NCBI GenBank assembly: GCA_965178125.1
Contig: OZ237772.1
Span: forward strand, 434,001-498,000
DNA length: 64,000 nt
Direction of reading: 5' to 3'
Origin: Bilabrum cf. latius
Lineage: Eukaryota
In this document: positions 35,623 to 49,292 of the stretch, piece after piece
How the letters are laid out: each line of letters starts with the position of its first letter
Position numbering within the stretch: position 1 is the stretch's first letter
Made by a program: the position numbers and the translations under genes
Notes under the pieces: model-generated
The model's input: only the letters and a program-made list of their open reading frames with translations
Databases searched by the model: none
What the model was told of the DNA's origin: nothing

Positions 35623-38600
35623 ATGCTGTGCGACCTTGTTCCGTCGGCCGGCGCCGCGCCAAACAGCTATTCCGTTGCTCCCGAATCGCAGATACCGCCC
35701 ACGGGCGATTTGCTGCGCTTTATGTCAAATCAAGGCCCGCCAGGGTTTGCGCACGACTATATAGAGTAGGATGGAAACGCTCTTGCACAGGGGCTTGCGC
35801 GTCGAACGCTGGACGGTCCGCCCCGAGTCGTACCGACACCGTCTGATTCGACCCTTGCGGCAACCGAAGCCTGGGCGCGGGCCGTGCTCGCAGAATCTAA
35901 GGAACAGGCACATCGAGACCTTGTGCGCTAGGCCGGTGGAATCTCTGGTCCAATCGCGGACGAGGCCATACCGCCGAGCCTGCCGAAATCATCTGCGTCG
36001 ACCGAACGCGGACGCGCATCCACTCCGACGTACAAGACTCGTCATCGGACGCCTTCTACCGGCATTGGCTCTCGAGCATCTTCTTTGGCAGGACGCAGGA
36101 GTGCCGCCCGCACAGTGCTGCCTCGGTCTCGCCGGCAAGGCGGCGGCAGTGGCAGAGGTGCAACTGAAGGTCGCCCGCGCACTGTGGCATTCGTGAGAAG
36201 CAAGACAGAAGAGGAAAGTGGCCGCTCTACGTTCAAGTAGCGGGAATCGACTGCTGAGATGGCGCGGGGTGCTGTCGACCTGTCTGCGAGCCGGGCAAGT
36301 GCTCGGGGTTCGGTGAAGGCGAGCACGAGCCCCGGTCGCAACTTGAAGGTGCCGCTGGAAGACTCCGGGGCGGAGGCCGCGAGCCGCATGCTGTCGGAGC
36401 GCAACGTGGGCGGCACTCTGGACATGGACGAGCAGCTGCTCGCATCGACAGGAGGCAGGGACGCACTCAGGAGCAGGGCCATGGAGCGGGATGCGGGGGC
36501 GGGCTCATGGGTCCCGAGGGATGGGGATGGGGATGGGGATGAGGGCAGGGGGGGTGGGACTAGCACTGGCAGGGGGGGTCGCATGGGGGACAAGGAAGAA
36601 GAGGAAATTCGCCGTCTGGAGGAGGAGGAGGAGGGTGAGGGAGGGGGGATTGGCGGGGTTGTGTCTGATGACGAAGAGGAGCACGGAGCAGGTGCTCGGG
36701 TGGGGACTGGACGAGCGAGACGGGAGCTGGATGACGCGCTGGAGGGCGCATTCCCAGGTGCCATGCTTGCCTTGGAGAAGAGGCAGAAGAAGGCGGCCAG
36801 GCGGGTGGAGAGGGAGGAGGCGGAGGCAAGGGGGGCTGGCGGGGGCAGCGGGGGAAGTGCGCTGGTGGATCAGCGGGCGGGTGGTGGGGCAGGCGCCTCG
36901 TCTAGGTCCAAGCCCGGCCGCGGGGTGATGCAAGATCACCCTGTAGGGGCGGGTAGGGACCCCGAGGCGGACGCAGATGAGGCCGTAGCAACGCAGGCTG
37001 CAGCCCAGCGGGTGATGCGGGGGGAGTCGGATATAGCCGTTGAGCTGCGGCGGTGGGCGAGGAAGAGACCCAGGCAGCTGTACTCTCGGCTTGCAGACTC
37101 GGTTTGGCTGTCCAAGCTGGGCGAGCAGGACCTCAGGGCGGCTGTCCGGCAGCTGCTGGGTCTGGCCTGGCAGCGGGAGGCGCTGGTGAGCCTGCTCAAG
37201 GCGAGCTACCACAGAGATGTGTTCCGGCTTAGGGAGTTCCTGTTCCGCAGAAAAATGCGCGGCGCCACGCTGGCCGGCATGCGGGCCGCGCTAGCCCTCA
37301 GGGATGGCCCGGTGAAAGAGGGGGATGACGATGACGATGACGATGACGAGGGCGGTGAAGATGAGGGTGACGGTGACGGTGACGGTGACGGTGCTGGTGA
37401 GTCTGGCACTGGCGAGGGCAAAGAGGAGAATTGGGGGGGCGTTGGTGGGGGCAGCAGGGAGGGTGCAAGCCTTGGCACTGGAGCTGGGCCCGGGTTGCGC
37501 GTGGATACAAGTCCCCCGACCGGGGGCCGCACCCCCAGCGTGGGGTCACACCCCCAGGGGAATGTCCCCAGCGAGGCCGAGTTGCTTGCCATGGCCGAGG
37601 CCCAGGGGCTTGAGACCTGGTCCCCTGCGCTTGCCAAGGGCTTGCCCACCTCTGTGGAGCTGAGGCAGCTGATGCGGCTGTTCGGCCTCAGCTCCAGCGT
37701 GGTGCCAGTGAGATCAAGCGAGTACGAGAAGCTGCTCTTCACCCGGGACAGGTTCATCGAGCTGGCGGGGAGGCACGAGCAGCTCCTCGAGGAGGGGAGG
37801 AAGCTGGCCCGGAGGCACAGGGACCTGAGCGAGTCGGCTGCCAGGGTGGCCGCCGGTGTGGATGAGGCTGCGCATGGGGCGGACGAGGCGGTGGACCAGG
37901 CCAGGGTGTTCCGCAAGCGGCTCGAAGCCGCGCAGGACCGACTGAAGGAGGCTGCCGCCGCCGTGCTGCAGCTGCGGCAGCGGGTCAGGCAATCGGAGCA
38001 GGACGCGCGCACTGCGGCTGAGGCGGAGGCAGAGGCAGCCGAGGCCGCTGGGAAACTTCAGAGCGAGCGCGATGCTCTGCGCAAGGAGCTGTAGGACCTC
38101 AGGGAACAACTAGGCGCCAGGGAACAAGCAGCGAATGCGGCCGCGCAGCTGGCAGACAAGGAGGCAGACGAGGCGCGTGAGGAAGCGACAGAGGCGTCGA
38201 GAAGGGCCGATCGGGCCGAGGAAATAGCCAGGGAACAAGAGCAGAAAGCGGGTGGGATGGAGCAGCGTGCGCAAGGGCTGGAGGTTGAGCTGAAGGAGGC
38301 TCGCGGGTAGTTGAGGAGGGCGAGGGAGGATGCAGCACGGGTCCGGAAGCAGCTGGCCGCGGCTGTGGATGGCGCCACTGGTACGGGTACCGACAGCAGC
38401 AGCAGCAGCGGCGGTCGTGGCGGTGGTGGTGGTCATCCGGGGGAGTACACGGTGCCAGACACGCGGCACTAGTCGGTGGGCAGCAGTGCCGTGCGACAGC
38501 CGCACTCGTCATCCTCACTTGGTACGAGAAGGCCGCTGGGCCTCGTCGAAGAGAAGGGCTCGCAGACTGACCCGAGTAGCTGGGCAGCTGAAGGTGATGC

Positions 38601-41600
38601 GGATGGGGAGGGGGGTGGAGAGGGGGAGGGCCCCTCGTATGGCTCCCCTAGGGGATCTGTGGGCGATGGGAGACAAGGTGCAGCGCATGGTAGTGCCGTG
38701 CAGCCCGGCGTGCACTACGGGGGCGAGGGCGGCATGCAGTCGGCAGCGACGCCCGACGGTGTGGGGACCCGCCGCAGACTCGGAGGCAGGACACCGGGGA
38801 ACAATGGCCGCGGTAGGGAAAATGGGCCAGACAAAGGCGCAGCTGATGGTGGTAGCGGGGGTGGGACGAAGACCAGGCGTGGGTCCGGTGGGTCGGGGTT
38901 CCTGCGTGCAGGTGACATGGCAGGCATGCCCTCGCTCAGCGTGTTGGATGCATTGCAGCTGCTACTGGGCGGAACATCCATCCTGCAACGGTCGAAGGCC
39001 AGGACTGGGGAACACACGGGGACTTCTGGGGAACACACGGGGACTTCTGGGGAACACACGGGGACTTCTGGCCATGGGGGCCCGACGCCTGGGGAACAAA
39101 CAGACAGGAGTCGTGATGGCGAGTCACATGCGGCAGTGCAAGGCAGTGCACCTGGTGAGAATGGCAAGTAGTCCTCCGGGTCCAGCTCCAGCTCCCGCCC
39201 GCCCCCCTTGCTGCGTGTCCCCACAGCCAAACGGACACAGATCCGAGAGGCCTTGCTGGGCGAGGCGCGGCGAAGGAGGCTGGTGGAAGGCGCGCTGGGC
39301 ACCGGAGACGACGAGGCGGTAAAAAGGGAAAAAGGAGGCCGAGGAGGAGGTAGAGATGGGGATGGGGGTGGGGATGGGGACGGGTCTTTGCCGGATGCGA
39401 CTCGCCGCGCCAGGGCCAGGATCGGGTGGTCTGACCTGGTGGCGCTGTCCCGGGAGGTGCTGGTGGAGAGGGCGAGGATCGAGGAGGAGAGGGAGAAGAA
39501 ATTGATGGACAGGCAGCTGCACCAACTATCCGTTGAGTCCTCGGGGGAACAAGGGCAGGGGGGTGGTGGTGCGACGGAGGAGCGGGGTGAGGAGCAAGAG
39601 ACGGGGGTTCGGCTGGACCAGCCCTCTATCGTGTCGATGGATGGAGAGGTGGTGGGGCTGCATGAGAGCCTCCTAGATGAGCTTGATGCGCAGATGGGGG
39701 TGCATGCCGACGGAGACGGGGGCTCGGATGATAATCAGGTCCAGGACACCGTTGGCCCCGATGGCAAAGGCAAGAGCACAGGCAAAGGCAAGAGCACAGG
39801 CAAGAGCACAGGCAAAGGCAAGAGCACAGGCAAGAGCACAGGCAAGGGCAAGGGCAAGGGCAAGAGCCACAAAGATGGATCAGGGTCCATGGGTGGCGCA
39901 AAAGCGAAAGATGCCCCCAGCAGGAACAAGAACGAGAAAACAGATCCAGGGCCCGACACCGCCCGATCGCACTCGTCACACGGAAGCGGCGCTCACCCCC
40001 CCGACTCGGCCAGGAGCCTCCTCCCCGCCGTTCCCAAGGGACCCCCGCCCCTGGGTCTGGTCCTGGGGGCGGACCCTTTCGATGCCCGATCCACCGCTGG
40101 ATTGCGGAAGCATCCGGGGGACTCGGAGTCGGATTCTGAGGGCGAGGAGTCGGCGGCTCTCCGGTCCGCCCAATCGGCGCTGTACGGCGAGGGCAGCATC
40201 ATCATGCCTGCCGGCGCTCTGCGGGCGGTGCGGCGTGCGATCGAGCTGGCGATGAGGGAGCGGGCGACTCTGCTGCTGAGCGGGGGAGGAGGGGAAGCGG
40301 CGCAGGCGGCGGCAGCGAGGGCCAAGAGGATGCGGCGGGGGTCTGCAGCGGGCGGGGCTGCGGCCGGGATCCAGCTGGACGGGGACGAGGAGCCCACCGA
40401 CCCCAAGGCGAAGCAGTCCCTGATCGCACAGCTGAGGGAGAGGATGCGGGCGCTGGAGGAGGAGCTGGTGCACCTGAGCATGGGGTTCAGGCACGCTGAC
40501 CTGACTCTGAAGCAGCGGGATGTGGTCCGACTGGAGCTGCAGAAGGTCCGCAGGTCCGAGGCTAGGGCGGTGCAGGCACGGGACCAGGCTATGGAGGAGT
40601 GTGACGAGCTGGTGGCGGAGGTGGAGGGGGCCAAGGCGGCGGCAGCCAAGGCCAAGGCGGGGCAGTCTGCAGCGGAGAGGAAGGTGAAGGATGTGCTGGT
40701 GATCCTAGGGCTCACTGGGGCGCAGGTGGCTGGGCTCAGGGCTCGTCTGCAGAAGCAGGAGCAGGCCACGCAGGCGCAGGCTGACCTCGTGAAAGACTTA
40801 GAGGCAATGCAGGTGCAGGCGGCAAGCAGCCACGAGGAGGAGAAGGCTGGGATGAGGATGGCGCAGGCTAAGCTAGAGGGCGAGCTGGCCCAGGCTCAGG
40901 CCCGACTCGAGTACATGAACAACTACTCCAAGGGTGTTGCCAGGAAGTCTGCCTCCAAGGCGGTTGCAACCGTGATGGAGGCCCTGGGCCCCGCGGGGGC
41001 ACAGCTGGGCCGGGCCATAGGGCTGCTAGAGGAACACAGGGATCGGATCAAGGAGGGTGCGGGGGAGGCCGAGGCGGAGATGGAGGAGCTCAGGGAGCGC
41101 ATGCTTGCCGCCGCTGCGGGTGGGCGCCGCAAGGCAGCGGGGGCGGCGGAGGGGGCGGGGCAGGACCGGCCCCAGACGGCACCGGTCGCAGTCGGCTCCG
41201 AATCCGGTTCTCCAGGTGCCGGGCCGGGCGAGGCGGACGGAAGTAGGCCCACCTCTAGTCCGCCCCGAGCCAGGCCGGCGGTGGCATCGCACTCGTCACA
41301 CCGTCCTTCAAGCGGCAGGCCGGGATCAGGCAGCAGCAGCTCCAGCAGCAGCTCCAGCAAGGGTGGAGGCACCGGGGCCGTGAGGAGCGGCGACAGGGAT
41401 CCGGAGCCGGAAGAAATCGCGGCCGATGTGGCAGCCAGGGCAAAGCAGGTGCTGGGGCTGGCGGGGTTGCTGCCAAAGGTGCTGCAGCAGCTGTCCGTTG
41501 CGGAGGGGGAGCGGAGGGGCGCCGAGGCTGCTGCCGTGGCCGCCGAGGCAAAGGCGAAAGAGAAGGAGAAGCAAGAGGTGCTGGCGGCCACGGCGGTACG

Positions 41601-44600
41601 GCAACAGCAGGAGGAAATCGCCCGTCTGGAGGGCATCGTGAGCGCATTGAGCAGGCACAGGAGTAAGACGGAGGTGGAGGTGGAGAAGCTGAAGGCCAAG
41701 TTAGAGGAGGCCCAGGCCACTGCGACGGTGGCAGGTGACGAGGCAGCTAGGGCAGAGAGAGAGAAGCAAATAGCGCAGGAGAGAGCAGAGTAGGCTGCTG
41801 CGGCGGTTGCGACCGATGGTGCGTCCCCTCCGGGTGGGTCAATGGCGGGGTCCTCAGCATCACCCGGCAGTCAAACCGGGTCCGTGGCAGCTAGCAGTCG
41901 GCAGACTGGTAAGGTGGATCAGGTGGATCCGCGTGGTGAGACAAGTGGAGGACATGGGCCATCAGGTAAACAAGGGGCGGTTAGATCCAGTGCTGGTTCA
42001 ATCGGAGATGGTGACGGTGAGGCTATCAGCGGGGACCCAGCGGCCGCAGAAGTCGCTCGTCTGCGGTCACGGGTAAGCCAGCTCGAGGCAGAGCTTGGGC
42101 TCGGGAGTGAGAGTGCGGGTGAGGGTGCCGGTGCGGGCTAGAGGTAGAGCGGAGAGAGGGGGAGAGGGGAGCTGGGCGAGGCCGCTGGTGCCATGACGGC
42201 GGGGAGCACGAGTGCGTCAGTGGCTGGCACTGGACGTGGGTCAGCGGCGGGGTCACGGCAGGAAGGCGGGTCAGGACGAGGACGAGGGTATGGGCCAGGC
42301 CATGCCTCCGAAGCGCACTCGTCACACGCAAGCGACAGTGGAAGCGTTCACTCGTCACACATGGACGGCCGACCGCGGAGCGGGGGTCCGCGCGGGAATG
42401 GACAGGACCTGCCAGGTGGCTCGGCTACTGGCCCCGAGGGCGTGGGCATGGGGCACCGACGCGGCACTGGATTCCAGAGGAGACCGGGCTCGTCACACTC
42501 TGGCACCTCACGGGAGGGGTCACCCCTGGGAAGGGGAAGAGGCGGGGTGAGAGACCGACCCGGGACGGGCGGTAGGCTAGCAGGCCGAGGCCCAGGCGAG
42601 GCAGGCATGGCTGCGGGGAGCTGGAGCGGCCCCCAGGACGGTGGCCTGGATCTAGCTGGGGCTGGGGCCAGACCCGAGGTGCGTGTGGTGGTGGGGTACG
42701 AGAAGATGCGGGGGAGGGTGCCCTTCGTGCTCAAGGGGGGGCCTAATGACAAGCACGTGCAAACAGCGCACGACCCTCTGTTTGTTCTCCAGGGAACAAG
42801 CGGGCAGGGACAGGGGCGCCCCTGGTCCAAGGGCACCTCGCTTGGGTCCGACCTCGCACCCCTCCCCGGGATGGGCCCACTGTCCCCCACCGCGCTGCAG
42901 GGGTCCATGTCCCAGGGCCCCGGGGAGGGGGGGGGCGTGCATGGGGGTGGCAGGAGGCATCCATCGGTGGATTGGGACCTGGATGGGGAGGAGGTCAGGG
43001 GGTTGGGCAGCAGCGGGTATGCGAGTCGCAGCGGGTCTCGGATGTCGGGGCGCCGCGCATCGATAGGTGCGGTTCCGCAGGAGGGTATGGGCCAGTCTGC
43101 GAGAGGGGAGGGGCAGCGGCGGAGGCGGAGGAGCGTGGCATTCGAGGCCAGAGTGATGCCAACTGCAGTGCACGGTGGTGCAGCGGCGGGCAGGCCTCGT
43201 GGTCGCACCCCATTCGGGGGTCGTGCGGGCAGGGGGGTAGAACCACAGGGGGATAGAGGTGGCGGTGGCCGCGGCGGCATCACTCCCGTGTTTTCGTCCC
43301 ACCGACCCGCGTCCTCCAGCCGGGGCTCTAAGGGCTCGTAGTCGAACGAGACAGAGGGTCTGGGCCTAGGACCTGCGCATGCCTCCAGGAAGCCCGGCCC
43401 CGTGCCCGCCTCCTTCGCCGCGGGGGGGTCATCCTCCCCCTCGGTGGGGACTCAGGGGGGCGAGGCGCGAGATGGAAGCGCGGATTGTGACTCCGGATAC
43501 GCGGGAAGAGCCGCAACTGACGTCCACAGCGGGTCTGGAACTGGCACCGGCACCGGCACCGGCACCGGCACAGGGCTTGGAGTCAGTGCGGGTCGCGACC
43601 CCGCCGCAGGCCAGCTAGAACAGCAGACCGAAGGGCTTTCCAGGCACTCGTCACACCAACGTGCATCCACCGCCCCCGCGCACCGCTCCCGCAGCGACGA
43701 AATCGGCTCCGGATCCTTCGTGCGCCCCCCCCGCGGGTACATGGGCGGATCCGTGGACTTCGGGCAGGGGCCCGCTCTCGATCCGGAGCTGATTACCCAG
43801 ATGCAGCGCACTGCGGTTCAGGCGGCAGAGAAGCGCCTCAGTCGAGAGCACCGCATGCGGGTGCGCCGAGGATCCATGCCTCTGTCGCTTAAGGCCAGGC
43901 GGGAGGAGCTGGAGAGAGCCGCGGCTGAGACGAGGAGGGCGGCGGGGGTAGGGCGGGTGGGAGGAGTGCTGGGTGCGGCGGGTGTGGCGGGGGGTGGGCG
44001 GCAGTCGGCGGGGGGTGATGGGTTGCGGGCGCTGCGGCGGGGATCTGGTGTGACGAGTGCGGCCAGCCGCGGGTCCCAGGGCCACGTGGTGAGCCTGTCT
44101 TTGGCCGAGCAGGAGGACGCCGGTGGGGACATGCACGGTGTGACGAGTGATGGAATAAGTGGTGTGACAAGTGGCTGGGGCAAGGACGATGGTTAGCACG
44201 GTCTCGATAGGGCGAGTGCCTGGGGAGGAGGAGGGGGGGGGGGGGCAGGAGGGGGTAACAACACTGACGCCTGGCTGGTCAAATCCAGCATGTCATCTGC
44301 TGTGCATGCCCCGGGATGGGACGTTGACGTCGGGGATATTCACAGAGAGAGCGCGGATGGAGCTGGCAGGATGAGCCCAGAGACTGGGCTGCGGGCCGCC
44401 TCACGAGGGTCTCTGGGCCTGGGCCAGACACGCGTGGATGCAGGTCCATCGGCAGCTGGTGCGCGTGGCAGGCGGGGCTCCCTTCCCATGACGAGGGTGG
44501 AGCAGGAGGCCGCGAGACTGCTGGCACTGGCGCGGGCCAGGGAACAAGAGAGGGACAGCCCGTAGATACGTCAGGGTCAAGATCAGGGTCGAGATTCAGC

Positions 44601-47013
44601 ACTTGAGGGCAGCAAGCGGCAGGTTGCCATCGCCAGCCGGGCGCTGGCGGGGGGACAGCCAGGGAACAAAGCGACAGTGCTGCACCGCAATGAACTGCGC
44701 CTTGATGCTGATGCAGGGGTGGGCAAACAGGATCCGGATCTAGCCGGTGTCCGGCGCGGCGCGGCGCCCATGGTTCCGCAGCCCGGTGCCAGGACCCAAA
44801 GCTTGCGGAGGGCCCGCACGATGGCGCCTGCACCTGGGCTCGGTGTGACGAGTGCACTGGAGGACGGGCATGGAACCAGCGATGACGAGGGCAGTAGCAG
44901 GCCTGCAAGGGGAAAGGGAAAGGGAAAGGGAAAGGGCAAGGGCAATGGCAAGGGGCACGGGAGGGGGCGTACACTCAGGCGAGCAGCGTCCTCCCCTGGA
45001 ATGAGGGGGGTCTCGGGGAACAACGGGTCATCGGTGGGTATGCACGACGAGGCCAAGCAGACCCCCGTGCCCCGATCCGCCAAGGGAGCCGGCTTGCAGC
45101 CCACCACACGTCCCCGCTAGCCCAGGGGTAAGCTAGGGGCCCCAGGAGCCATGACTGCCAGTCCGTAGAGAGTGAATGCAGACACACAAGCAGGGGCACA
45201 GGCACTCGCCGGTGCAGTGGCAGTCACTCCGATGCGGACTGCTGCTGGTGGGTCTAGCTTCAGGGGGAGGAGTAGCCCAACGAGTAGCCCAGGGGGTTCA
45301 AGGGGTCGATCGAGAGGCACAGAGGTCCCCATCGTGGAGGACGAGGGGTGGGGGGCGTATCCAGGGGATTTCCCCGGGGGTTCAGCACCCCATGGCGGGG
45401 ACGGTACAGGTTCTTCCTCTGCATCCACGCGCCGAGTCCCCTCCTCCCCCTCCTTCGACACGATGCCTGCGAGGAGATCCAGGGAACAGCGGTCCGGGGG
45501 AGGTGGTGGTGGTGGTGGCCCGTTGCGGCAGCCATCCAGTCCTTTGGTGGCACCTGTTGTTCCCTCGGCCACCCAGGCCATGGTGGAAGGTAGAGCCAGC
45601 GTGGGTGGGCTGGTGCCTGCCGGTGCTGGCGCTGGCCGGGGGGTCCGCGGGGAGGAGAGAGTTGGTCATTTGTCAGTGACCCAGGCACTGCAGGAGGGTG
45701 ACCCACGGGTCACGATCCCGCAGGGTGGCAGGTCGCCCATGGCGCATGCGGCCCGAGCGGCGAGTCGTGCGGGTGCTGGTCGACTGGATCTGCTGGACCG
45801 AGGCAGGGGCATGTGGAGCCCTGGCGGGGATAGGAAAAGATAGCGGGAGCGGGAGCGGAGTAGGTCACGCAGCAAGAGTGGAAGCATGGATAGGAGCCTA
45901 GCGGATGCATCCGATGCAGCCGATGATGGAGGTCGCAGGGAAGTGGGGGGAAGGAACGGCAATGGAACCAAAGAGGCGCCGCGCAGCACGTCCAGGCCCA
46001 GCAGGGGCAGACCCCTCCCCCCAGCACCAGCACCATCATCCTCAGCGTCAGCGTCAGCGTCATCGTCAGCGTCAGCCCCCGGAGCCAATCCAGAGGTGAC
46101 CACGAAGCGCAGGGGTATCAATGCGCGGCGCCGCAGCGGAACCGGAGGTACGGACGGCGCCGCGCTCGAGGTGTGGGCCTCTGCTGCAGAGGAAGCGGCC
46201 CAGGCCAACGAGGCGAAGCGGGCTCGGCTGAGGAGGGCTCGGGCTCTGGCCAGCGGGGATGCGAGGCAGATAGCGGAGGACAGGGCGACTGGCATGTAGG
46301 GAGCTTCGGGCCGGAGAAGGCAGGCTCATGAGAGGGCGGGGAACAGCGGCAGGGGCAGGGGCAGGGGCAGGCTTGGGGCATCGCGATCGGCCGCTGCTCT
46401 GTCAGGGGCGGGGACCGCGCGGATCGAAGGTGCATCGCATGGTGGTGCGACCCAGGGTCTCATGCGCGGGTCAACGACCCGGAGCCGCATGATGAGGAGA
46501 GGCGGTGGTTTAGGCAGCGATGTGACGAGTGCGCTGGATCGCAGCGGGAGCGCCCGCCGACTCGGTGTGGGCCGCACTGGCACGACCACGAGCAGAGGCG
46601 CAGGAGGCTAGCGCGCGTGGGGGCCGGGGAGGGACGGCCAGGAGGAGCCTGGGCTGCCGCCCTTGTCTGACGACACGGGTGCCTATGCCACGTATGAGAG
46701 TCGGGGCGGGGGCACGCGAAATGCTGCAGGCGCCAGCAGCGGTGACAGTGTGTCGCGGCCTGCTTGGGCCCAGCGGCCCGGGCTGGATGACTCCAGGCGT
46801 GGGGCGCACCCGATGCTGCGGGCATTAGATCGGAGGGTGAGGCATGAGATCGGGGGCGAGGGCGGGACCTTGCTGCTGGGGTCTAGGTCCAGTGGAGCGA
46901 GTGAGGGTGCATCGCATGGTGGTGCATCGCGCGAGTCGGTGGGGGAGCAGGTGCCCGGGCCAGTGGGTCTGCACGAGTGGGTGAGGAGCGAGTCGGGCAA
47001 GCACTCGAGGTGA
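35623..47013 (+). CDS. Giant single-exon coiled-coil/disordered protein, about 3796 aa
   Basis: Eleven ORFs of the track share one frame and are linked only by TAGs (18 counted); no TAA/TGA over 11.4 kb; ends TGA. Alternative start at 35722. Confidence 0.85.
39006..39070 (+). repeat. 21-bp tandem repeat x3 (GEHTGTS)
   Basis: GGGGAACACACGGGGACTTCT x3. Confidence 0.85.
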
Positions 47014-47096
47014 TCTGATCGATTTAATTACATGTGTGGCTGAATAACATTCGTCCATCCATCCATCCATCCTTCTATCCATCCATGCTCACTCGC

Positions 47097-48191
47097 TCAC
47101 TGCCTGCCTGCCTCCTCCCTGGGCACGACCGCCTGCGAGCGGCCGTAGCTCGTATCCGGCTCCTGGTTGATGGCCCGCGCCTCTGCCTCCACAGCCCGCC
47201 GCTGCTCATCGGCAGCCAGCGCCAGCCGCCCACCGCGGGTCAGCACGCCGGCCCCCTCGAGCGCATCCCCCACGGCCTCGAGGTCGGCCCGCCGCCCGAA
47301 CCGAGCGCACGTCCCCGGGGTCTCCAGCTGCGCTGCGGCCCACAGTAGGAAGGAACGGGGAGCTGCGCCCGAGGCAGCAACCCCGGAGAGCATCCTAGCG
47401 AACGTTCGTCCGGATTCGTCGAGGTCGCCCCCCCTTGAGGCGGGACCCTCCCAATGGACGGCGAAGAACGCGGCGCACTCGGTGGCGAGTGCAGCGCACT
47501 GCACGCCCCGCTGCTCCAGCAGGTGCAGCGCATCCGCCATCTCCCCGGGGCCCAGCTCGCCCGCCCTGGAGGCGAGGTGCTCGGCCGCTGCCACGAAGGC
47601 CGCGTTCTCCCTGGCGCCGCCCTCATGCAGGAGGCCCAGCAGCTCGACGGCATCGCCTGCCTTGAACTCCGAGAGACGCGCGGCCACGTCTCGAGAGAGC
47701 GCGCCGAATACGTCAGCGCTGTTGCTGTCCGAGCCCCTCACGGCTCGCGCTAGAGCCAGGATCTCGCCAGAGTGAAACGCGGCCGTGGGCAGCTTGGAGC
47801 CCTCCTCGCTCTCCAAGTGGGCGTACAGGGATCTGTTCGTGGGGTCTTTGGCTGCGATGGGGCCTGGACCCGCGACAGACTCAACCAGCCCGCGGGTAAC
47901 CTCTGCAGGCGCTGGTGCCCCCGAAGGTAGCGACTGGAGCTCCTTCGCAAAGCCTCGAGCGCGATCCTGCACCTCCGGTCTGCTCGCGAGGTTCGATTTT
48001 CGAGTTTCATACACCTCCAATGCAATTGCCTGAAGGTGAGGCGAAGCAACAGACACGTCCGAGGAGGCGGCAGAGGCCATCGCAGACGAGCTACGAGCAG
48101 CCCCCTGCACTCCAATCACCCCCCACGACCGCAACGCACCTGCCAGCCTCAGGCTTGACGCAACACCTCGTACAATTCGACCAGATGCCAT
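47097..48191 (-). CDS. Hypothetical helical-repeat protein with a mitochondrial-presequence-like N-terminus (364 aa)
   Basis: Intact ORF; Arg/Ser/Ala-rich, acid-free N-terminus; amphipathic repeats reminiscent of organellar RNA-binding proteins (not confirmed). Confidence 0.7.
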   Translation of the reverse strand: MASGRIVRGVASSLRLAGALRSWGVIGVQGAARSSSAMASAASSDVSVASPHLQAIALEVYETRKSNLASRPEVQDRARGFAKELQSLPSGAPAPAEVTRGLVESVAGPGPIAAKDPTNRSLYAHLESEEGSKLPTAAFHSGEILALARAVRGSDSNSADVFGALSRDVAARLSEFKAGDAVELLGLLHEGGARENAAFVAAAEHLASRAGELGPGEMADALHLLEQRGVQCAALATECAAFFAVHWEGPASRGGDLDESGRTFARMLSGVAASGAAPRSFLLWAAAQLETPGTCARFGRRADLEAVGDALEGAGVLTRGGRLALAADEQRRAVEAEARAINQEPDTSYGRSQAVVPREEAGRQ

Positions 48192-48320
48192 AGTTCAGGC
48201 AATGCACCCGCTATGATCACAGTATTGCACCGATTGTGCATTTTAGGCTCGTGTTGCGATACCATTACGTTACAAACCGTGGAAAGTGATATTTTCGTGA
48301 ATTTCGGATTTACACTCAGA

Positions 48321-48941
48321 ATGCCGAAATTGGACAGAAATTAGAACAATAACGGGCTAGATACAGATGATACGGATGCATTATTTGGCGATGGTAGCGA
48401 GAGTGGCCCAGAATGGGCGATGGCTGCTGGTATGACTGCACTTTCAGTTGGAGCGGGTACCTTGGCAACTATGGGTTTCCCGCACGTTGCATGCATCGCA
48501 GCGTGTACTGCCGCTAGTTCTGGATTTTACTACACATAGTCAGTATATGGATCGCCTGACACTACGAGATAGCCATCGTATCTCTGGCCGTTGCATGATG
48601 CCATTGCTGCTGCCAGCCCTTCCACCGGTAGCTTGGTGCCTTAGTGGTTTCTGCGGCCGCGCACAGCCTATGAGAGGAGTGCTTCTGCAGATGTGATTGG
48701 TTTGTGCTCCTCGGCTACGTTGGCGGCTGGAAACGCGATCGCATTGGCTGCAGCCCGAGCCGCCCGTCGGCCGACGGGCGTGTTTACCCAGCTCGTGCTG
48801 GCTGGCGCCTTGTCGACTGCCTCCTTCGGGTACAGGACTGCGATTAGGGCGGCGGTGCTTGAATCGGAGGGTGCCGGCCCTGCGCGCGGGTCCGGGGGGA
48901 AGAGGGGCCAGGCCACCAGCGAGGCCGGGGGCAGGAGATAA
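48321..48941 (+). CDS. Small membrane protein (206 aa), visible only with TAG=Gln
   Basis: ATG at 48321; TAGs at 48342, 48537, 48570 and 48642; hydrophobic segments; ends TAA. Confidence 0.7.
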
Positions 48942-48948
48942 CGCGAGG

Positions 48949-49079
48949 AGGAGAACAATGAGGGGGCCTTATAGTAAAGCCAGGAGAACAATGAGGGGGT
49001 CTTATAGTAAAGCCAGGAGAACAATGAGGGGGTCTTATAGTAAAGCCAGGAGAACAATGAGGGGGTCTTATAGTAAAGC
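48949..49079 (+). repeat. 33-bp minisatellite x4 between convergent genes
   Basis: AGGAGAACAATGAGGGGGTCTTATAGTAAAGCC x4 with no spacers. Confidence 0.95.
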
Positions 49080-49200
49080 GAGCGAATAAATACGCCCTGG
49101 GATGTACAGGATCAGTGAGTTCGGTGCAGTTTCAGCATACACATGAGTCTAACGACAATCTATGCAATGCAACTCAAATCTGTCTTTGCACACGTGGGCA

Positions 49201-49264
49201 CCATGGTGAGGCCAGCAGCCCCATGGTGAGGCCAGCAGCCCCATGGTGAGGCCAGCAGCCCCAT
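49201..49264 (+). repeat. Short tandem repeat (CCATGGTGAGGCCAGCAGCC) x3
   Basis: Seen directly. Confidence 0.9.
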
Positions 49265-49292
49265 GAGGCAGCCCCGTTCACTGGACACCGCT

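Noticed and set aside
48949-49264. CRISPR-like arrays
   Set aside because: The repeats are head-to-tail with no unique spacers, there are no cas genes, and the context is eukaryotic.
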